Shown here: in pieces, positions 27,538 through 36,300 of the stretch
How the letters are laid out: every line of letters begins with the position of its first letter
Numbering within the stretch: position 1 is the first letter of the stretch
DNA from: a virus
Taxonomy: Duplodnaviria > Caudoviricetes
Reading direction: 5' to 3' (one strand)
Virus record (IMG/VR): IMGVR_UViG_3300027759_000115
Coordinates: 1-55,025 of that record
DNA length: 55,025 nt
Program-made: the position numbers and the translations under genes
Notes under the pieces: generated by a model
Told to the model about the DNA's origin: nothing
The model's database searches: none
The model's input: only the letters and a program-made list of their open reading frames with translations

Positions 27538-27905
27538 TCCACTTGCCGGGTCATCTTCATGTTTTTGAGCAGTTCACCGAACACATTGACGTTGTGCTCG
27601 ATGACGATAGGCTTGTTGTCGTCCCCAGCCACTTCCATCCTGGCCAGCTTGGGGATGTGGTACTCCACCACTGACTGGAATAGATCAAATGCCTTTGCCG
27701 GGTTGGGTGCCACCACAAACACCTCAACCGCTTGGCCATCCTTTGTGACCTCAGTGCCCTTCACACCCTCAGCAACCTTGTCGAGCCACTCAGTGAGCCT
27801 GTGAGCGTTTCCATCAACAAATGAGGCTATGGCCTGTCTGGCATCTGATGTGGCCTTGTTGGGCGTTCCTGGTGCCCTGCCGCCTGTCTTTACACCTATT
27901 GCCAT
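27534..27905 (-). CDS. terS: Terminase small subunit (putative)
   Basis: KTGGR.PGTPNK N-terminus, PKL.R.EV.G.D..PI C-terminus; overlaps the terL start. Confidence 0.75.
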   Translation of the reverse strand: MAIGVKTGGRAPGTPNKATSDARQAIASFVDGNAHRLTEWLDKVAEGVKGTEVTKDGQAVEVFVVAPNPAKAFDLFQSVVEYHIPKLARMEVAGDDNKPIVIEHNVNVFGELLKNMKMTRQVE

Positions 27906-28029
27906 GTCATGCTCCTCCAAATGAATCTACTTTAGATTCTTTGTGAGCGTCAACTAACTTTATTGTATAGGTCATATTCCAGTCCTTTGTCGCGCAGTCA
28001 TTTCAGCGCATAGTGTGGAAGTTTAACCT

Positions 28030-28275
28030 CTAGCCTTGTCCTTTGTGAAGGGCATACTCTTTGTCGAAAGCTAAGTTGATTTCATCCGGGCTTGATGGGA
28101 TGTGCATTGTTTGCGGCATGCGCAGATCATTGACCACCGCCACGATCTCCGCGACCATGCCGGGCCTTGTCTGCTGGAAATAGTCGTAGTTGACCCGCTG
28201 GCTGTACACATCCACGGATTGCTTGTAATCCTCGCCAATAAGCCTTATGGTGACCTCAACCCATTTGTGTGTCAT
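28030..28275 (-). CDS. Hypothetical protein
   Basis: 81 aa ORF, ATGA-coupled. Confidence 0.6.
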   Translation of the reverse strand: MTHKWVEVTIRLIGEDYKQSVDVYSQRVNYDYFQQTRPGMVAEIVAVVNDLRMPQTMHIPSSPDEINLAFDKEYALHKGQG

Positions 28276-28577
28276 TCTGCTTCGCTCCTCAGGATTCGGT
28301 GCTCGGCGAACTTCCGGTAAACCTTCAATTCTGCGTTCTCCCTCTTCAGGCGCTCAATCTCCGACTGCATGTGGCTCATGCGGCTCATGGCTTGGTCAAT
28401 CCAGTTGCTGACCTCTACCGGCATGCTGAACTTCTGCGTAGGCATCGTGACCTTGATTGGGCGTGACATGGCTTTGAGTTGCGGTTTAACCGCAGGTGCT
28501 GTTTTCGCGGGGTGCGGTTTAACTGCGGTTTTCTTTGCCGGGGCTTTTTTGGCCGCGGCCTTTTTTGCTGTTGCCAT
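28272..28577 (-). CDS. Protein with K/A/P-rich histone-like N-terminus and coiled coil
   Basis: MATAKKAAAKKAPAKK... Confidence 0.65.
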   Translation of the reverse strand: MATAKKAAAKKAPAKKTAVKPHPAKTAPAVKPQLKAMSRPIKVTMPTQKFSMPVEVSNWIDQAMSRMSHMQSEIERLKRENAELKVYRKFAEHRILRSEAE

Positions 28578-28584
28578 GATGATC

Positions 28585-28803
28585 CTAGTGTTGGTGGTGG
28601 GTACGGGCGACTTCTTCGGCACGCTTGAACTGGTTGGGGCTGACCTCGTAGGTCAGGTTCTGGGTGCCATTGAAGATGTACACATCGAAGTATTCGCCCT
28701 GGCCATGCTCAGGGTCGGGCTCGATGTGGTCGTATGCCACCGTCACAGGGCCGAAGCCCAGGTCGGTTGGCACACGGTGTTGGAATTGCTCTTGCGTGAC
28801 CAT
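28585..28803 (-). CDS. Hypothetical protein
   Basis: MVTQEQF start with GGAGG RBS. Confidence 0.65.
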   Translation of the reverse strand: MVTQEQFQHRVPTDLGFGPVTVAYDHIEPDPEHGQGEYFDVYIFNGTQNLTYEVSPNQFKRAEEVARTHHQH

Positions 28804-28813
28804 GGGTGCCTCC

Positions 28814-28972
28814 TCAAAGAATGATGATCTCGTCATCAGTGTGGATTTCGCGCACGTCATAGCTGATCTTGTCCAGCATCTTGTCAACGGCGGCATCCAG
28901 GGTGGCGGCGTACACCACATAGTCGTGGGCAACGCCGGTTTTGCTGATGATGGTGAGGGTGTAGTCTTGCAT
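28814..28972 (-). CDS. Hypothetical protein, 52 aa (not in ORF track)
   Basis: MQDYTLTIISKTGVAHDYVVYAATLD...; AAAGGA RBS. Confidence 0.65.
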   Translation of the reverse strand: MQDYTLTIISKTGVAHDYVVYAATLDAAVDKMLDKISYDVREIHTDDEIIIL

Positions 28973-28983
28973 GATGATTTCCT

Positions 28984-29202
28984 TTATCTCCAAACTGAAT
29001 ATGGCTCACCGCCGCTGAGGGCAATGTCGTAGGGCGAAACGATGGGTGTTGAGTTGCGACGATTCCTGAGGTGGACGGCGTTGTCGTAAAAGTCTTCCCG
29101 CAGATGGTCAATGCGCTTGCCGCCCACCTCAACCAGAGGAAAGTCGATGAGAACCATCATGGTGTTGATGGGGGCGCGGCGTTTGTAGCTGAATGCTTGC
29201 AT
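28984..29202 (-). CDS. Hypothetical protein
   Basis: MQAFSYKRR start with GGAG RBS. Confidence 0.6.
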   Translation of the reverse strand: MQAFSYKRRAPINTMMVLIDFPLVEVGGKRIDHLREDFYDNAVHLRNRRNSTPIVSPYDIALSGGEPYSVWR

Positions 29203-29216
29203 GTTGATCTCCGGGT

Positions 29217-29504
29217 TCAGTATGTGAAGAAGCCAGAGATTGCGCCAACGTAGCCACCCATGCAGGTTTTGCGACGGAACATCTCGCTGTAGTCCAGGGC
29301 ACCGACCCAACGGTTCCATGCGGGGACGAAAAACACCACATAGCGTGCCGGTTGCTTGTCGCTGTCAAAGTATTCGCCTGCACGCTTGGAGGCGGCATCC
29401 AATGCCTTTTCTGCGGCCTCCTTGGTTGCGTAGTTCTTGCAGGGTTGCTTGTTGGTGGCGCGATACTCTTCGATGCGTGCGATCAATGTGTCGATGATGT
29501 TCAT
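29217..29504 (-). CDS. Hypothetical early protein
   Basis: 95 aa ORF behind a repeated promoter/leader element. Confidence 0.7.
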   Translation of the reverse strand: MNIIDTLIARIEEYRATNKQPCKNYATKEAAEKALDAASKRAGEYFDSDKQPARYVVFFVPAWNRWVGALDYSEMFRRKTCMGGYVGAISGFFTY

Positions 29505-29510
29505 GTTGCT

Positions 29511-29598
29511 TCCTTGTTAAACCTGCTTCAGTGCAGTGCCTCTACTGTAACACCAAGTTAGAGCTTGCCAGACTTTTTTGCTAGGTGCTTTCCCTAAT
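29511..29598 (-). promoter_or_regulatory. Repeated early promoter/leader unit, copy A
   Basis: TAGGG-N6-CCTA imperfect palindrome, GTGTTACAGT extended -10-like box, 19 bp leader identical to 31404-31422. Confidence 0.7.
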
Positions 29599-29716
29599 GT
29601 TGTATTTCTGCATCAAGGTCGCCACACGAGCACGTCCAGGGCCACCACGATGACTGCCAGCAGGAACACAACCCGCTGGAGCCTCTCAAATCGATTGTGA
29701 GTGAATGGTGGCATGG

Positions 29717-30004
29717 TCACATCCTGTGCATTGATATGCGGTTCAGGATGGCCTCTGCGGCGTCCCTGAGGGCCGATGCCACCGCTCCCTCGTCTTCCAT
29801 GTCCGCAAGGTTGTTCACCACGTCTGCGCAGGCTTGGCGCTCAATGAACACCGCCCTCTTGGACGTTTCAATGGCCACCGTCATGATCTCGGCCTTGCCG
29901 ATGGCCAGGGCCTCGTCAAACTCCTGCTGGGTGTACAGGGTGACGTGGCCACCGCCACTCAAGATCTGTCTGGCCAGTTGGCTCACTTCTGGTTTTTTGC
30001 TCAT
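29717..30004 (-). CDS. Hypothetical protein
   Basis: 95 aa; ERQACA motif shared with other small genes. Confidence 0.65.
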   Translation of the reverse strand: MSKKPEVSQLARQILSGGGHVTLYTQQEFDEALAIGKAEIMTVAIETSKRAVFIERQACADVVNNLADMEDEGAVASALRDAAEAILNRISMHRM

Positions 30005-30189
30005 TTGAATCTCCTCAAAACGGTTGGCTCAACGTACCGCTCAGGCGGTGGGGGGTTCATCTTCTCGCTGGGTGGTGTCCACCCATACTTGCGCCAGATG
30101 GCCTGCACATCAGACCCGGACGACCACTTGAAGTCCCGGTTGGACACGCTGGGGTAGCTGATCTTTGAATGCGGTGGCAATTGGTTCAT
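30001..30189 (-). CDS. Hypothetical protein
   Basis: DVQAIWRKYGWTPPSE; AAGGAG RBS. Confidence 0.65.
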   Translation of the reverse strand: MNQLPPHSKISYPSVSNRDFKWSSGSDVQAIWRKYGWTPPSEKMNPPPPERYVEPTVLRRFK

Positions 30190-30199
30190 GCTTGTCTCC

Positions 30200-30427
30200 T
30201 TAAGGGTTTTGATCGGTCACAACACCGTGCAGGCTTCGCTTCCACAAGGGGAAGCCACTACGCTTGGCACCGGCATACACCAGTTGCTCTTCAGAATACC
30301 GGGTTTTGTTGAACACCGGGTACCCAGGCCCCACGAAGACGTGAGGGTTTCGGTAGTGGGGCACATAGGTGACCTCACCCAAGATGTACACGGTTTGCAT
30401 GAAGGTTTCTTCTTTGTTTTCGAACAT
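30200..30427 (-). CDS. Hypothetical protein
   Basis: MFENKEE start with AGGAG RBS. Confidence 0.65.
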   Translation of the reverse strand: MFENKEETFMQTVYILGEVTYVPHYRNPHVFVGPGYPVFNKTRYSEEQLVYAGAKRSGFPLWKRSLHGVVTDQNP

Positions 30428-30440
30428 GGTTTTCTCCTGG

Positions 30441-30695
30441 TTAAATTTGATAGACGGACAAGCGGCCTGGGTTGACCCACTCCGCATACAAGTTGTGCTG
30501 GGACAGCATGTTGTGCAACACCGGGTTCATGCTCTCGCCACGCCACAAAGGGAACTCGGCATAGTAATCAACCCACTTGAAGCTTTCGGGCTCTTCACTG
30601 CTGATGCTGAAGTTTCCATTGTCTTCAACGTGCTCGTACACGGGTACCCCCGCTTTTTTGAGGGCATTGAATGCCTTGATAAATGGCCGTTTCAT
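30441..30695 (-). CDS. Hypothetical protein
   Basis: 84 aa; AFNALKK.GVPV...LYAEWVNPG. Confidence 0.7.
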   Translation of the reverse strand: MKRPFIKAFNALKKAGVPVYEHVEDNGNFSISSEEPESFKWVDYYAEFPLWRGESMNPVLHNMLSQHNLYAEWVNPGRLSVYQI

Positions 30696-30874
30696 GTTGG
30701 CTCCTTTTCTTTGGCTGGTTTTTTGAAGTGGGCGTAACGCTCAGGCCAAAACAAATACATCCCAACTTCTGCCACGCTATCAAACTTCACACCGGCGGTG
30801 CTGTTGATGACTTCCAGGGCCAACTCCAAACCTCTGTCCAAGCCTCGTTCGTAATCTGATTTAGTTTTTTCCAT
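30692..30874 (-). CDS. Hypothetical protein
   Basis: 60 aa, AGGAG RBS, preceded by a UUCG hairpin (30889-30902). Confidence 0.65.
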   Translation of the reverse strand: MEKTKSDYERGLDRGLELALEVINSTAGVKFDSVAEVGMYLFWPERYAHFKKPAKEKEPT

Positions 30875-30907
30875 GGTGTTCTCCTGATGGGGCCGAAGCC
30901 CCGTGGG

Positions 30908-31063
30908 TTAAATAATCCAGCCGTCCAGAGTGGCTTTGATGGGGGTGTTGAGCCTGTCGTATGCCTCTAAGTCTTCGGGCCACTGGAGCGCCCTTTCAAG
31001 CCACTGGAGCGCCTCTTTTGGCATGGGCACTATGACCACGGCAGTTTTGGTTTCCTCGTTCAT
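30908..31063 (-). CDS. Hypothetical protein, 51 aa (not in ORF track)
   Basis: MNEETKTAVVIVPMPKEALQWLERALQWPED...; GGAGG RBS. Confidence 0.6.
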   Translation of the reverse strand: MNEETKTAVVIVPMPKEALQWLERALQWPEDLEAYDRLNTPIKATLDGWII

Positions 31064-31075
31064 AGTGGCCTCCAA

Positions 31076-31396
31076 TTAAGCGGTGGTGGTGACTTTGATC
31101 ACGGCGCTGGACTCGCCACGGAATTGCTTGTCGAATTCCTCTTCGGTGAGGCCAAGGGCCTTGATGACAGCTTCCACATCCACGGAACCAATGCGGTTCT
31201 CAATGGTCACACGCACACCATATTTCTCACCACGGTGCTTGCCTTCGCCCAAGGTGTTGGCAATGCCGTCCTTGAGGATTTTGGTTTGGGCGGTCAGAGT
31301 TTTGATCTGACGGTCGAGCACCGCAAGGGTGTCAATGTTGTTGGTCAGGGACTCGACAGTTGCGAGGGCTTGGATGGTTGCTTGAACTTCAGTCAT
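31076..31396 (-). CDS. Hypothetical early protein
   Basis: MTEVQAT start behind promoter copy B. Confidence 0.7.
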   Translation of the reverse strand: MTEVQATIQALATVESLTNNIDTLAVLDRQIKTLTAQTKILKDGIANTLGEGKHRGEKYGVRVTIENRIGSVDVEAVIKALGLTEEEFDKQFRGESSAVIKVTTTA

Positions 31397-31403
31397 TTGG
31401 AAC

Positions 31404-31502
31404 TCCTTGTTAAACCTGCTTCGTTTGCAGTGAATGAACTGTAACACGAAGTTTGAGGAAAAACTGGGTTGATCCAATTATTTACTAGGGACTTACCCTA
31501 AT
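31404..31502 (-). promoter_or_regulatory. Repeated early promoter/leader unit, copy B
   Basis: TAGGG-N5-CCCTA palindrome, GTGTTACAGT box, leader identical to 29511-29529. Confidence 0.7.
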
Positions 31503-31517
31503 ACGATTCCAGCAAAG

Positions 31518-31787
31518 TTAATACTTGGGTTTCTCGTTTAGCCGTTTGATGGTCACATTGAGGGCGTCAATTTCTTCCATCTTTGCGATGGCCCAAGCCC
31601 TTTTTTGGCCATGCCAGCCCATCATGCTTCCCTGGTGGCATGACTTGCACAGGGCCACGCAGGTGTATTGGCAGGACTGCTTGATGTGGTGCGCATCCGA
31701 GGGGCCAGGGGCATCACACACCGAACAGGGCAATTCCTTGACCCGTCCGATGTACTCACGCTCGACTGCGGTGAGCTTGTTGTTCAT
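31518..31787 (-). CDS. Ref/DUF968-like Zn-binding HNH-type nuclease
   Basis: LPCSVC....AHHI....ALCKSCH...GWHG. Confidence 0.7.
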   Translation of the reverse strand: MNNKLTAVEREYIGRVKELPCSVCDAPGPSDAHHIKQSCQYTCVALCKSCHQGSMMGWHGQKRAWAIAKMEEIDALNVTIKRLNEKPKY

Positions 31788-32122
31788 GCCACCGCCTTGT
31801 CCATCACCCGGTTGGATGCCTCTATGGAGCGCCAGCAGTCGATTCTGGCCTGGGCTGAGATCAGTCCCCACCGGTACCCTTCTTCGCGCTCTACAGCGGC
31901 TTTGAGGCCCTTCAGTAGCTCGATGTACTCGGGGTCGGCGTAGGCCTCCACCTCAGCCGCCGCGGCTGTCTTGGTGCCAGCCAATAGGGCCGTGCGCATG
32001 AGCAAAGCCTTTTTGCTTTTGCGGAACTCCTCGATGTGTACCCTCTCGGCCTTTGCCTCGGCATATTTCTGCCCGTGGGTGTACAGGTAGTCCACTGCGT
32101 CATTGATTGATTTCTGGTTCAT
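31784..32122 (-). CDS. Conserved helical phage protein
   Basis: MNQKSIND start; AYADPEY...WRS.EASNR; coupled to the RuvC-like gene. Confidence 0.65.
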   Translation of the reverse strand: MNQKSINDAVDYLYTHGQKYAEAKAERVHIEEFRKSKKALLMRTALLAGTKTAAAAEVEAYADPEYIELLKGLKAAVEREEGYRWGLISAQARIDCWRSIEASNRVMDKAVA

Positions 32123-32577
32123 TTGTCTGTTCTTCCGTGTTTTGCGATCAGTGCGGCATCGGCCAGTGCTTGGCCTTTGCCCTTCTTGTCCAGGTCGCGC
32201 CAATGTGGCCAGATCTGGATGGCTTTGGATCGGGCCTCGTCCTTGTCTTTGAGGGTCAATCCAGCCCTTTTCTTCCATGACTGAGGGGTCACCATGGTCA
32301 CGGGGATTTCAAGGGCTCCAAGGACGCCTGATACGCTCCCGCAGGCATGGCCAAAGGTGTACATGCTGGTCACCCCCTGTCCAGGCATTGCGCCGGTCAA
32401 TTCCATGAAGGCCTCGGTTAAACCGCACTGCTTGATCCAACTGGCCAGGGCGGCGCAGTTAACCCGGTTGTGGGAGCCCACGGCGTAAGTGGGCATCTCC
32501 ATCCACTCAATGGGCTGGCCGTCTTCCAGCATTACCAAGGCTCCGGTTAAACCGGGGTCGATGCCAAGTATCCTCAT
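32119..32577 (-). CDS. RuvC-like Holliday junction resolvase
   Basis: ILGIDPGL.GA, E...MPGQGV.S...FG, VTPQ.WKK, ADAALIA. Confidence 0.88.
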   Translation of the reverse strand: MRILGIDPGLTGALVMLEDGQPIEWMEMPTYAVGSHNRVNCAALASWIKQCGLTEAFMELTGAMPGQGVTSMYTFGHACGSVSGVLGALEIPVTMVTPQSWKKRAGLTLKDKDEARSKAIQIWPHWRDLDKKGKGQALADAALIAKHGRTDK

Positions 32578-32913
32578 GTGCTCTTCCCCTTAAGTTTGGC
32601 AAAAATATAATCCATCATTCTCAATGCGTCATCTTTAGTCATGCTTGTCCCCTTGTTTGTGCTTTTAGGATTCATTGAGGGCAAGCCAAACCATAAAACA
32701 GATGACAGAAATGGCTAGTGTGATTCCTAAGAATCCCAAACCAAAGATGATTAGAACGGTCTCAATCACAAACTCCCCTCATTTCCCAACCCAACAAAAA
32801 GTAATTCCATCTGCCCTGCATAGCGGGAACATCATACTTGTCGCCACTCATGGCTAAATCAGACTCTGTGTAGCCTTTGGAGGCCATCAACGCTGTAAAG
32901 ACTTGTCTTGCTT

Positions 32914-33231
32914 TCATGTGTTCTTCTCCTCGGCGTAGCCGTTCTTTTGCTTGAGTTTGGCTTCAATGGCTGCAATGACCTTCTTGCCTTTTTGAGACAC
33001 CGGGCCTGCACCACCATTCATGCCGTAGTAGTAACGCAAAGTGTCATCGGATAGGATTTCCTCATCCGTCAGCCCTACCCATGTGCGCTGTGGTTTGCAA
33101 TTAGGGCATTCAATCTCTGGTTCTTTACCAAAGCGTTCCTCCCACCATTCGCGCTGATCTCTGTCTCCGTCATAGATAAGTTTCACTTCACATTTGCAAC
33201 AAAGAATGTAGTCACCGATTGCCATTTTCAA
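32914..33231 (-). CDS. Hypothetical protein with CxxC pairs and a WVGLTDEEI module
   Basis: 105 aa ORF. Confidence 0.6.
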   Translation of the reverse strand: MKMAIGDYILCCKCEVKLIYDGDRDQREWWEERFGKEPEIECPNCKPQRTWVGLTDEEILSDDTLRYYYGMNGGAGPVSQKGKKVIAAIEAKLKQKNGYAEEKNT

Positions 33232-33724
33232 CTCCTATATTTGCAAACTCACCATGAATATTGATTGATGCCTGTATGTAAGACTTGTGTGCCTGTTCTG
33301 CTGTATCAAAATATCCAAGTGTCTTACGCTTTCCATCTTTCCAGATGCTTGCTGTAAATCGTTTTGCGTGTTCACGCCAATAAACACCCTTGAATCCGCT
33401 TTTGTTATCAGAGCGCACTTTCATGTTCATGCAATTTTCAGAGCGTGTTGCCTCTCTTAAATTACACAGTCGGTTGTCATGCTTTAAACCATTTATGTGG
33501 TCTATTTCATTGGCGGCCTCTGAACCATAAGCAATTACCCAACAAATGCGGTGCGCCCTGAAGTTGTGGCCTTTAACCATGATTTTTCTGTAACCACTGG
33601 AATCCACATTGCCAGCAACTTTTCCAACTCTGTCGCTTCTGCCTTTAACCCACACAAGTTCCCCTGTTTCTTGGTTGTATTTAAGTGAATCAATGCCGAC
33701 TTGTAACGCTTCTAGTCTAGTCAT
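33212..33724 (-). CDS. HNH endonuclease with AP2 DNA-binding domain (free-standing homing endonuclease type)
   Basis: AHRI.W, IDHING..HDNRL.NLREAT...N, SGFKGVYW, LGYFDTAEQA. Confidence 0.92.
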   Translation of the reverse strand: MTRLEALQVGIDSLKYNQETGELVWVKGRSDRVGKVAGNVDSSGYRKIMVKGHNFRAHRICWVIAYGSEAANEIDHINGLKHDNRLCNLREATRSENCMNMKVRSDNKSGFKGVYWREHAKRFTASIWKDGKRKTLGYFDTAEQAHKSYIQASINIHGEFANIGVENGNR

Positions 33725-34025
33725 GGTTGCTCCTTTGTGTAGAGAGGTATTGGAAAACACTTGATGGGTATGTGTGACCATTTGCACATTTGTCGTTGCC
33801 GTTTGGTCGCCGTTCACGCATCACGCCTTTTGCGCCACACTGAGGACAGTAGCCATATACCGCCACAGGCTCTTGCTCAATCTCTTGCCCAAGCCTCTGA
33901 ACTTCACGCATGGGGTCTGCCAATCGTGCTTTGAGTGCGGTGATTTCATTCTCATAATCACCATTCGGTGAGTTGGCACACTCCAACGCCTCAAGTGCCA
34001 TTGCCATTGCTTCTTTGTCAGTCAT
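33717..34025 (-). CDS. Hypothetical protein
   Basis: 102 aa; ALEALE...QEPVA, CPQC. Confidence 0.6.
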   Translation of the reverse strand: MTDKEAMAMALEALECANSPNGDYENEITALKARLADPMREVQRLGQEIEQEPVAVYGYCPQCGAKGVMRERRPNGNDKCANGHTYPSSVFQYLSTQRSNHD

Positions 34026-34190
34026 GCTTGTCCCCTTGCTTCAAGTATTCCAGTACATTGCCAGCAGAACACCACCTATCCCTGTCTTCCCTCAGTCTAA
34101 TTATTTCCACTCCGCACCATTCCAGTGCCTCTACTAATTTCTTATGGTCAAGTTCGTTAATCGGAACACCATACCAAGTAGAAAATTTAT

Positions 34191-34424
34191 TCATCTTTGC
34201 CCCCTTGCTCTAATTGCAGTGGCACATTCATTGCCATAAGCTGAATCTTCCGTTGCCATACCATTTGCTGGTGTGTCCCACAATGTTTCACACACCTTTG
34301 CACACGCCTCACGCTCTTTCTCTGCTACCAGTTTGGCAAAGTGATAGCGTGTATACATCTCACCATCTTTGATTGACTCTTTCATAGCCTGTTGCCACAT
34401 AGTGTCGATTTCGTCTTGTGTCAT
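34191..34424 (-). CDS. Hypothetical protein (EREACA...AIRARG type)
   Basis: 77 aa ORF. Confidence 0.65.
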   Translation of the reverse strand: MTQDEIDTMWQQAMKESIKDGEMYTRYHFAKLVAEKEREACAKVCETLWDTPANGMATEDSAYGNECATAIRARGQR

Positions 34425-34581
34425 GCTTCTTCCTCCAGTGGTACATCACGCCATTCACCGGGCGCATTCCATTGCGTGTGTTCCCAGTATTGCTGGAGGA
34501 TGCGAACTTTTTTGCCTATGCCTTCGCCGTGTTCAGGTGCAGGCACTGTGCGCTCAATGAAGCGCAGTTTTGGTGTTGGTG

Positions 34582-34890
34582 TCATGCTTCTCTCGCTTTC
34601 AGCATCGCGTCTGCTTGTTTGTATGCGGCGACGGCCGTGTCTTCAAAGTCCATGTTATTTCGCCAACGGGGGTCTGACAGCAGTCCTTGCATAGCCTTGG
34701 CCGCAAAGTAATCCCGTAAATCCATGCCGTCATCTTCCCTCCAAAACACGTTTGGAAATGCCTTGGATACTTTGGGGGGTAAATTCATTTCATGCTCCAT
34801 AATTTGTTTCTTTCTCCATCCTGATGTGTGTTGCCAATGACCTTGCCGCATGGCAAGTTCCTCAAATGCTTCGTCTTCTGGATCTTTCAT
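34582..34890 (-). CDS. Hypothetical protein (GM.LRDYFAAKAMQ type)
   Basis: Motif AFP...GMDLRDYFAAKAMQG...AY..ADAML.AR, common in phages. Confidence 0.75.
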   Translation of the reverse strand: MKDPEDEAFEELAMRQGHWQHTSGWRKKQIMEHEMNLPPKVSKAFPNVFWREDDGMDLRDYFAAKAMQGLLSDPRWRNNMDFEDTAVAAYKQADAMLKAREA

Positions 34891-35008
34891 TTGTTGCTCC
34901 TATCGTTTTCATCCATCCAAAACCAAAGCTCGGCCAACGCATACAGCACCAGCCCAGCCACCGCCACTGCCAGGGCACCCAGCAGAAAAATTGTCATTAC
35001 TGTTTCAG

Positions 35009-35464
35009 TCATTTGCCCACCACTATGTCGTGTGATTTTCTTTTGCCTTGAACAATCTTGGTGACCCGGCTCACAGTCTGGCGGTGGGCCTGGATCATCG
35101 TCCGTGCCGGTAAGTTGTCCAGCACCGTGCAGTAGTCCTCCAGGATCGCCCGGATGAGCTGTATGGCGTGTCCATCAAGTCGGATGGGGTGACCCTTCAA
35201 GGATCGGTTTCCAGCCTTAGCAAGGGCCATTGCGGCCTCGCCAATCAAGTCATCGGGGTCTTCCACCTGCCCCATGACCAAAAGTGTCTCCATCATGTTC
35301 AAGGCATCAGACACAACAACCCAATCGTCATAGGTCGGTGCCGGGTCTTTTTCCAGGGCGCTCAAGCCCTCAAACATCCGGGTCAACTGGAACATCCGTT
35401 TTTCCACCGGCAGGGGCTCTGTGGGGCTGGCCATCAATACATCCCAATGTGTGTAGGTCTTCAA
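35009..35464 (-). CDS. Hypothetical protein
   Basis: 151 aa, AAGGAG RBS, promoter box at 35502-35517. Confidence 0.7.
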   Translation of the reverse strand: MKTYTHWDVLMASPTEPLPVEKRMFQLTRMFEGLSALEKDPAPTYDDWVVVSDALNMMETLLVMGQVEDPDDLIGEAAMALAKAGNRSLKGHPIRLDGHAIQLIRAILEDYCTVLDNLPARTMIQAHRQTVSRVTKIVQGKRKSHDIVVGK

Positions 35465-35537
35465 TCACTTCTCCTTAATCCCACAGCGGTGTGGTGAATA
35501 AACTATAACATGGAATTAGAGTTTTGTGCAAAATTTT

Positions 35538-35741
35538 TTAAACCCAGCCCTTGAATTCCTTAACGTGTTGAGGGATCTCTCTGTACCCCTTACAGATCCT
35601 CAAAAAGTTTCCAATAATTTCAGGTATTTCCTTGCCGACATGATCGGTTCCCTTGCACCACTTATTGAGCAGGTACACCTGACCTTTGGTCAATCCCTGC
35701 TCATCGCTTATCTCATTCAAGTATTCCTGTGTAACTATCAT
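35538..35741 (-). CDS. Hypothetical protein
   Basis: MIVTQEYL start after GGAG. Confidence 0.5.
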   Translation of the reverse strand: MIVTQEYLNEISDEQGLTKGQVYLLNKWCKGTDHVGKEIPEIIGNFLRICKGYREIPQHVKEFKGWV

Positions 35742-36128
35742 TTCATTCTCCAAGTTTTTGATCGCAGAGGGCAGTGACTGAGCAATGGACAAAAGCCACC
35801 CCAGGCCCGGAGAACCGGGGTTGGCTGAAGATCAAAGTTCGCGTCGGTTGTTCCCTCGCTTCTTTGGTTGCGGTCATCTCTCAATGTTCCGCCGCAACTG
35901 TCAGACATTTAGACCCATTGTGAGGCCCCACCTTGGCGCACTGACCGAGCTTGACCTGGATGTTGCCGTTGCCCCGGATAACCCCAATCTCTCGACCTGG
36001 ATCCGTTCTGGCGGTTTAATCAACACCCAGCGCTATCTCCACCCGCGCCTGCCGCATCGGTTAGTTTTTACGGCTCTCGCCCCAAGCCAAAACGTTCGTG
36101 ATCACCAAAAGTCTTGGGGCAAGCTAGG

Positions 36129-36248
36129 CGTGGAAAACAAAAAAGCCGTTAAGACAGACCCCGGTGGAACCACACCCTCTTTTGAAGGATATGCACCCCA
36201 TTCGGGGTCGGAGTCTGACTTAACGGCTTTCATGCTCAGAGTTCCACG
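36129..36248 (-). promoter_or_regulatory. Structured leader / attenuator-like RNA element
   Basis: 12 bp stem AAAGCCGTTAAG/CTTAACGGCTTT, inner GACCCCG/CGGGGTC, T-run on the - strand, alternative GTGGAAC/GTTCCAC pairing. Confidence 0.65.
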
Positions 36249-36265
36249 TCTTTGCATTTGCTGAA

Positions 36266-36295
36266 ATTCTATCAACACGTCTCAGGACGTGTCAA
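36266..36295 (-). promoter_or_regulatory. Near-consensus sigma70 promoter with overlapping palindrome
   Basis: TTGACA-18 bp-TAGAAT; ACACGTC-N4-GACGTGT at 36275-36292. Confidence 0.75.
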
Positions 36296-36300
36296 GAGCT

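Noticed and set aside
30980-31014. 14 bp direct repeat GCCACTGGAGCGCC
   Set aside because: In-frame ALQW duplication within a small ORF; no other copies noticed
35785-36264. 159 aa + strand ORF as a real gene
   Set aside because: Opposes the operon and the promoter, has no clear RBS or recognisable motif, and crosses strong RNA hairpins
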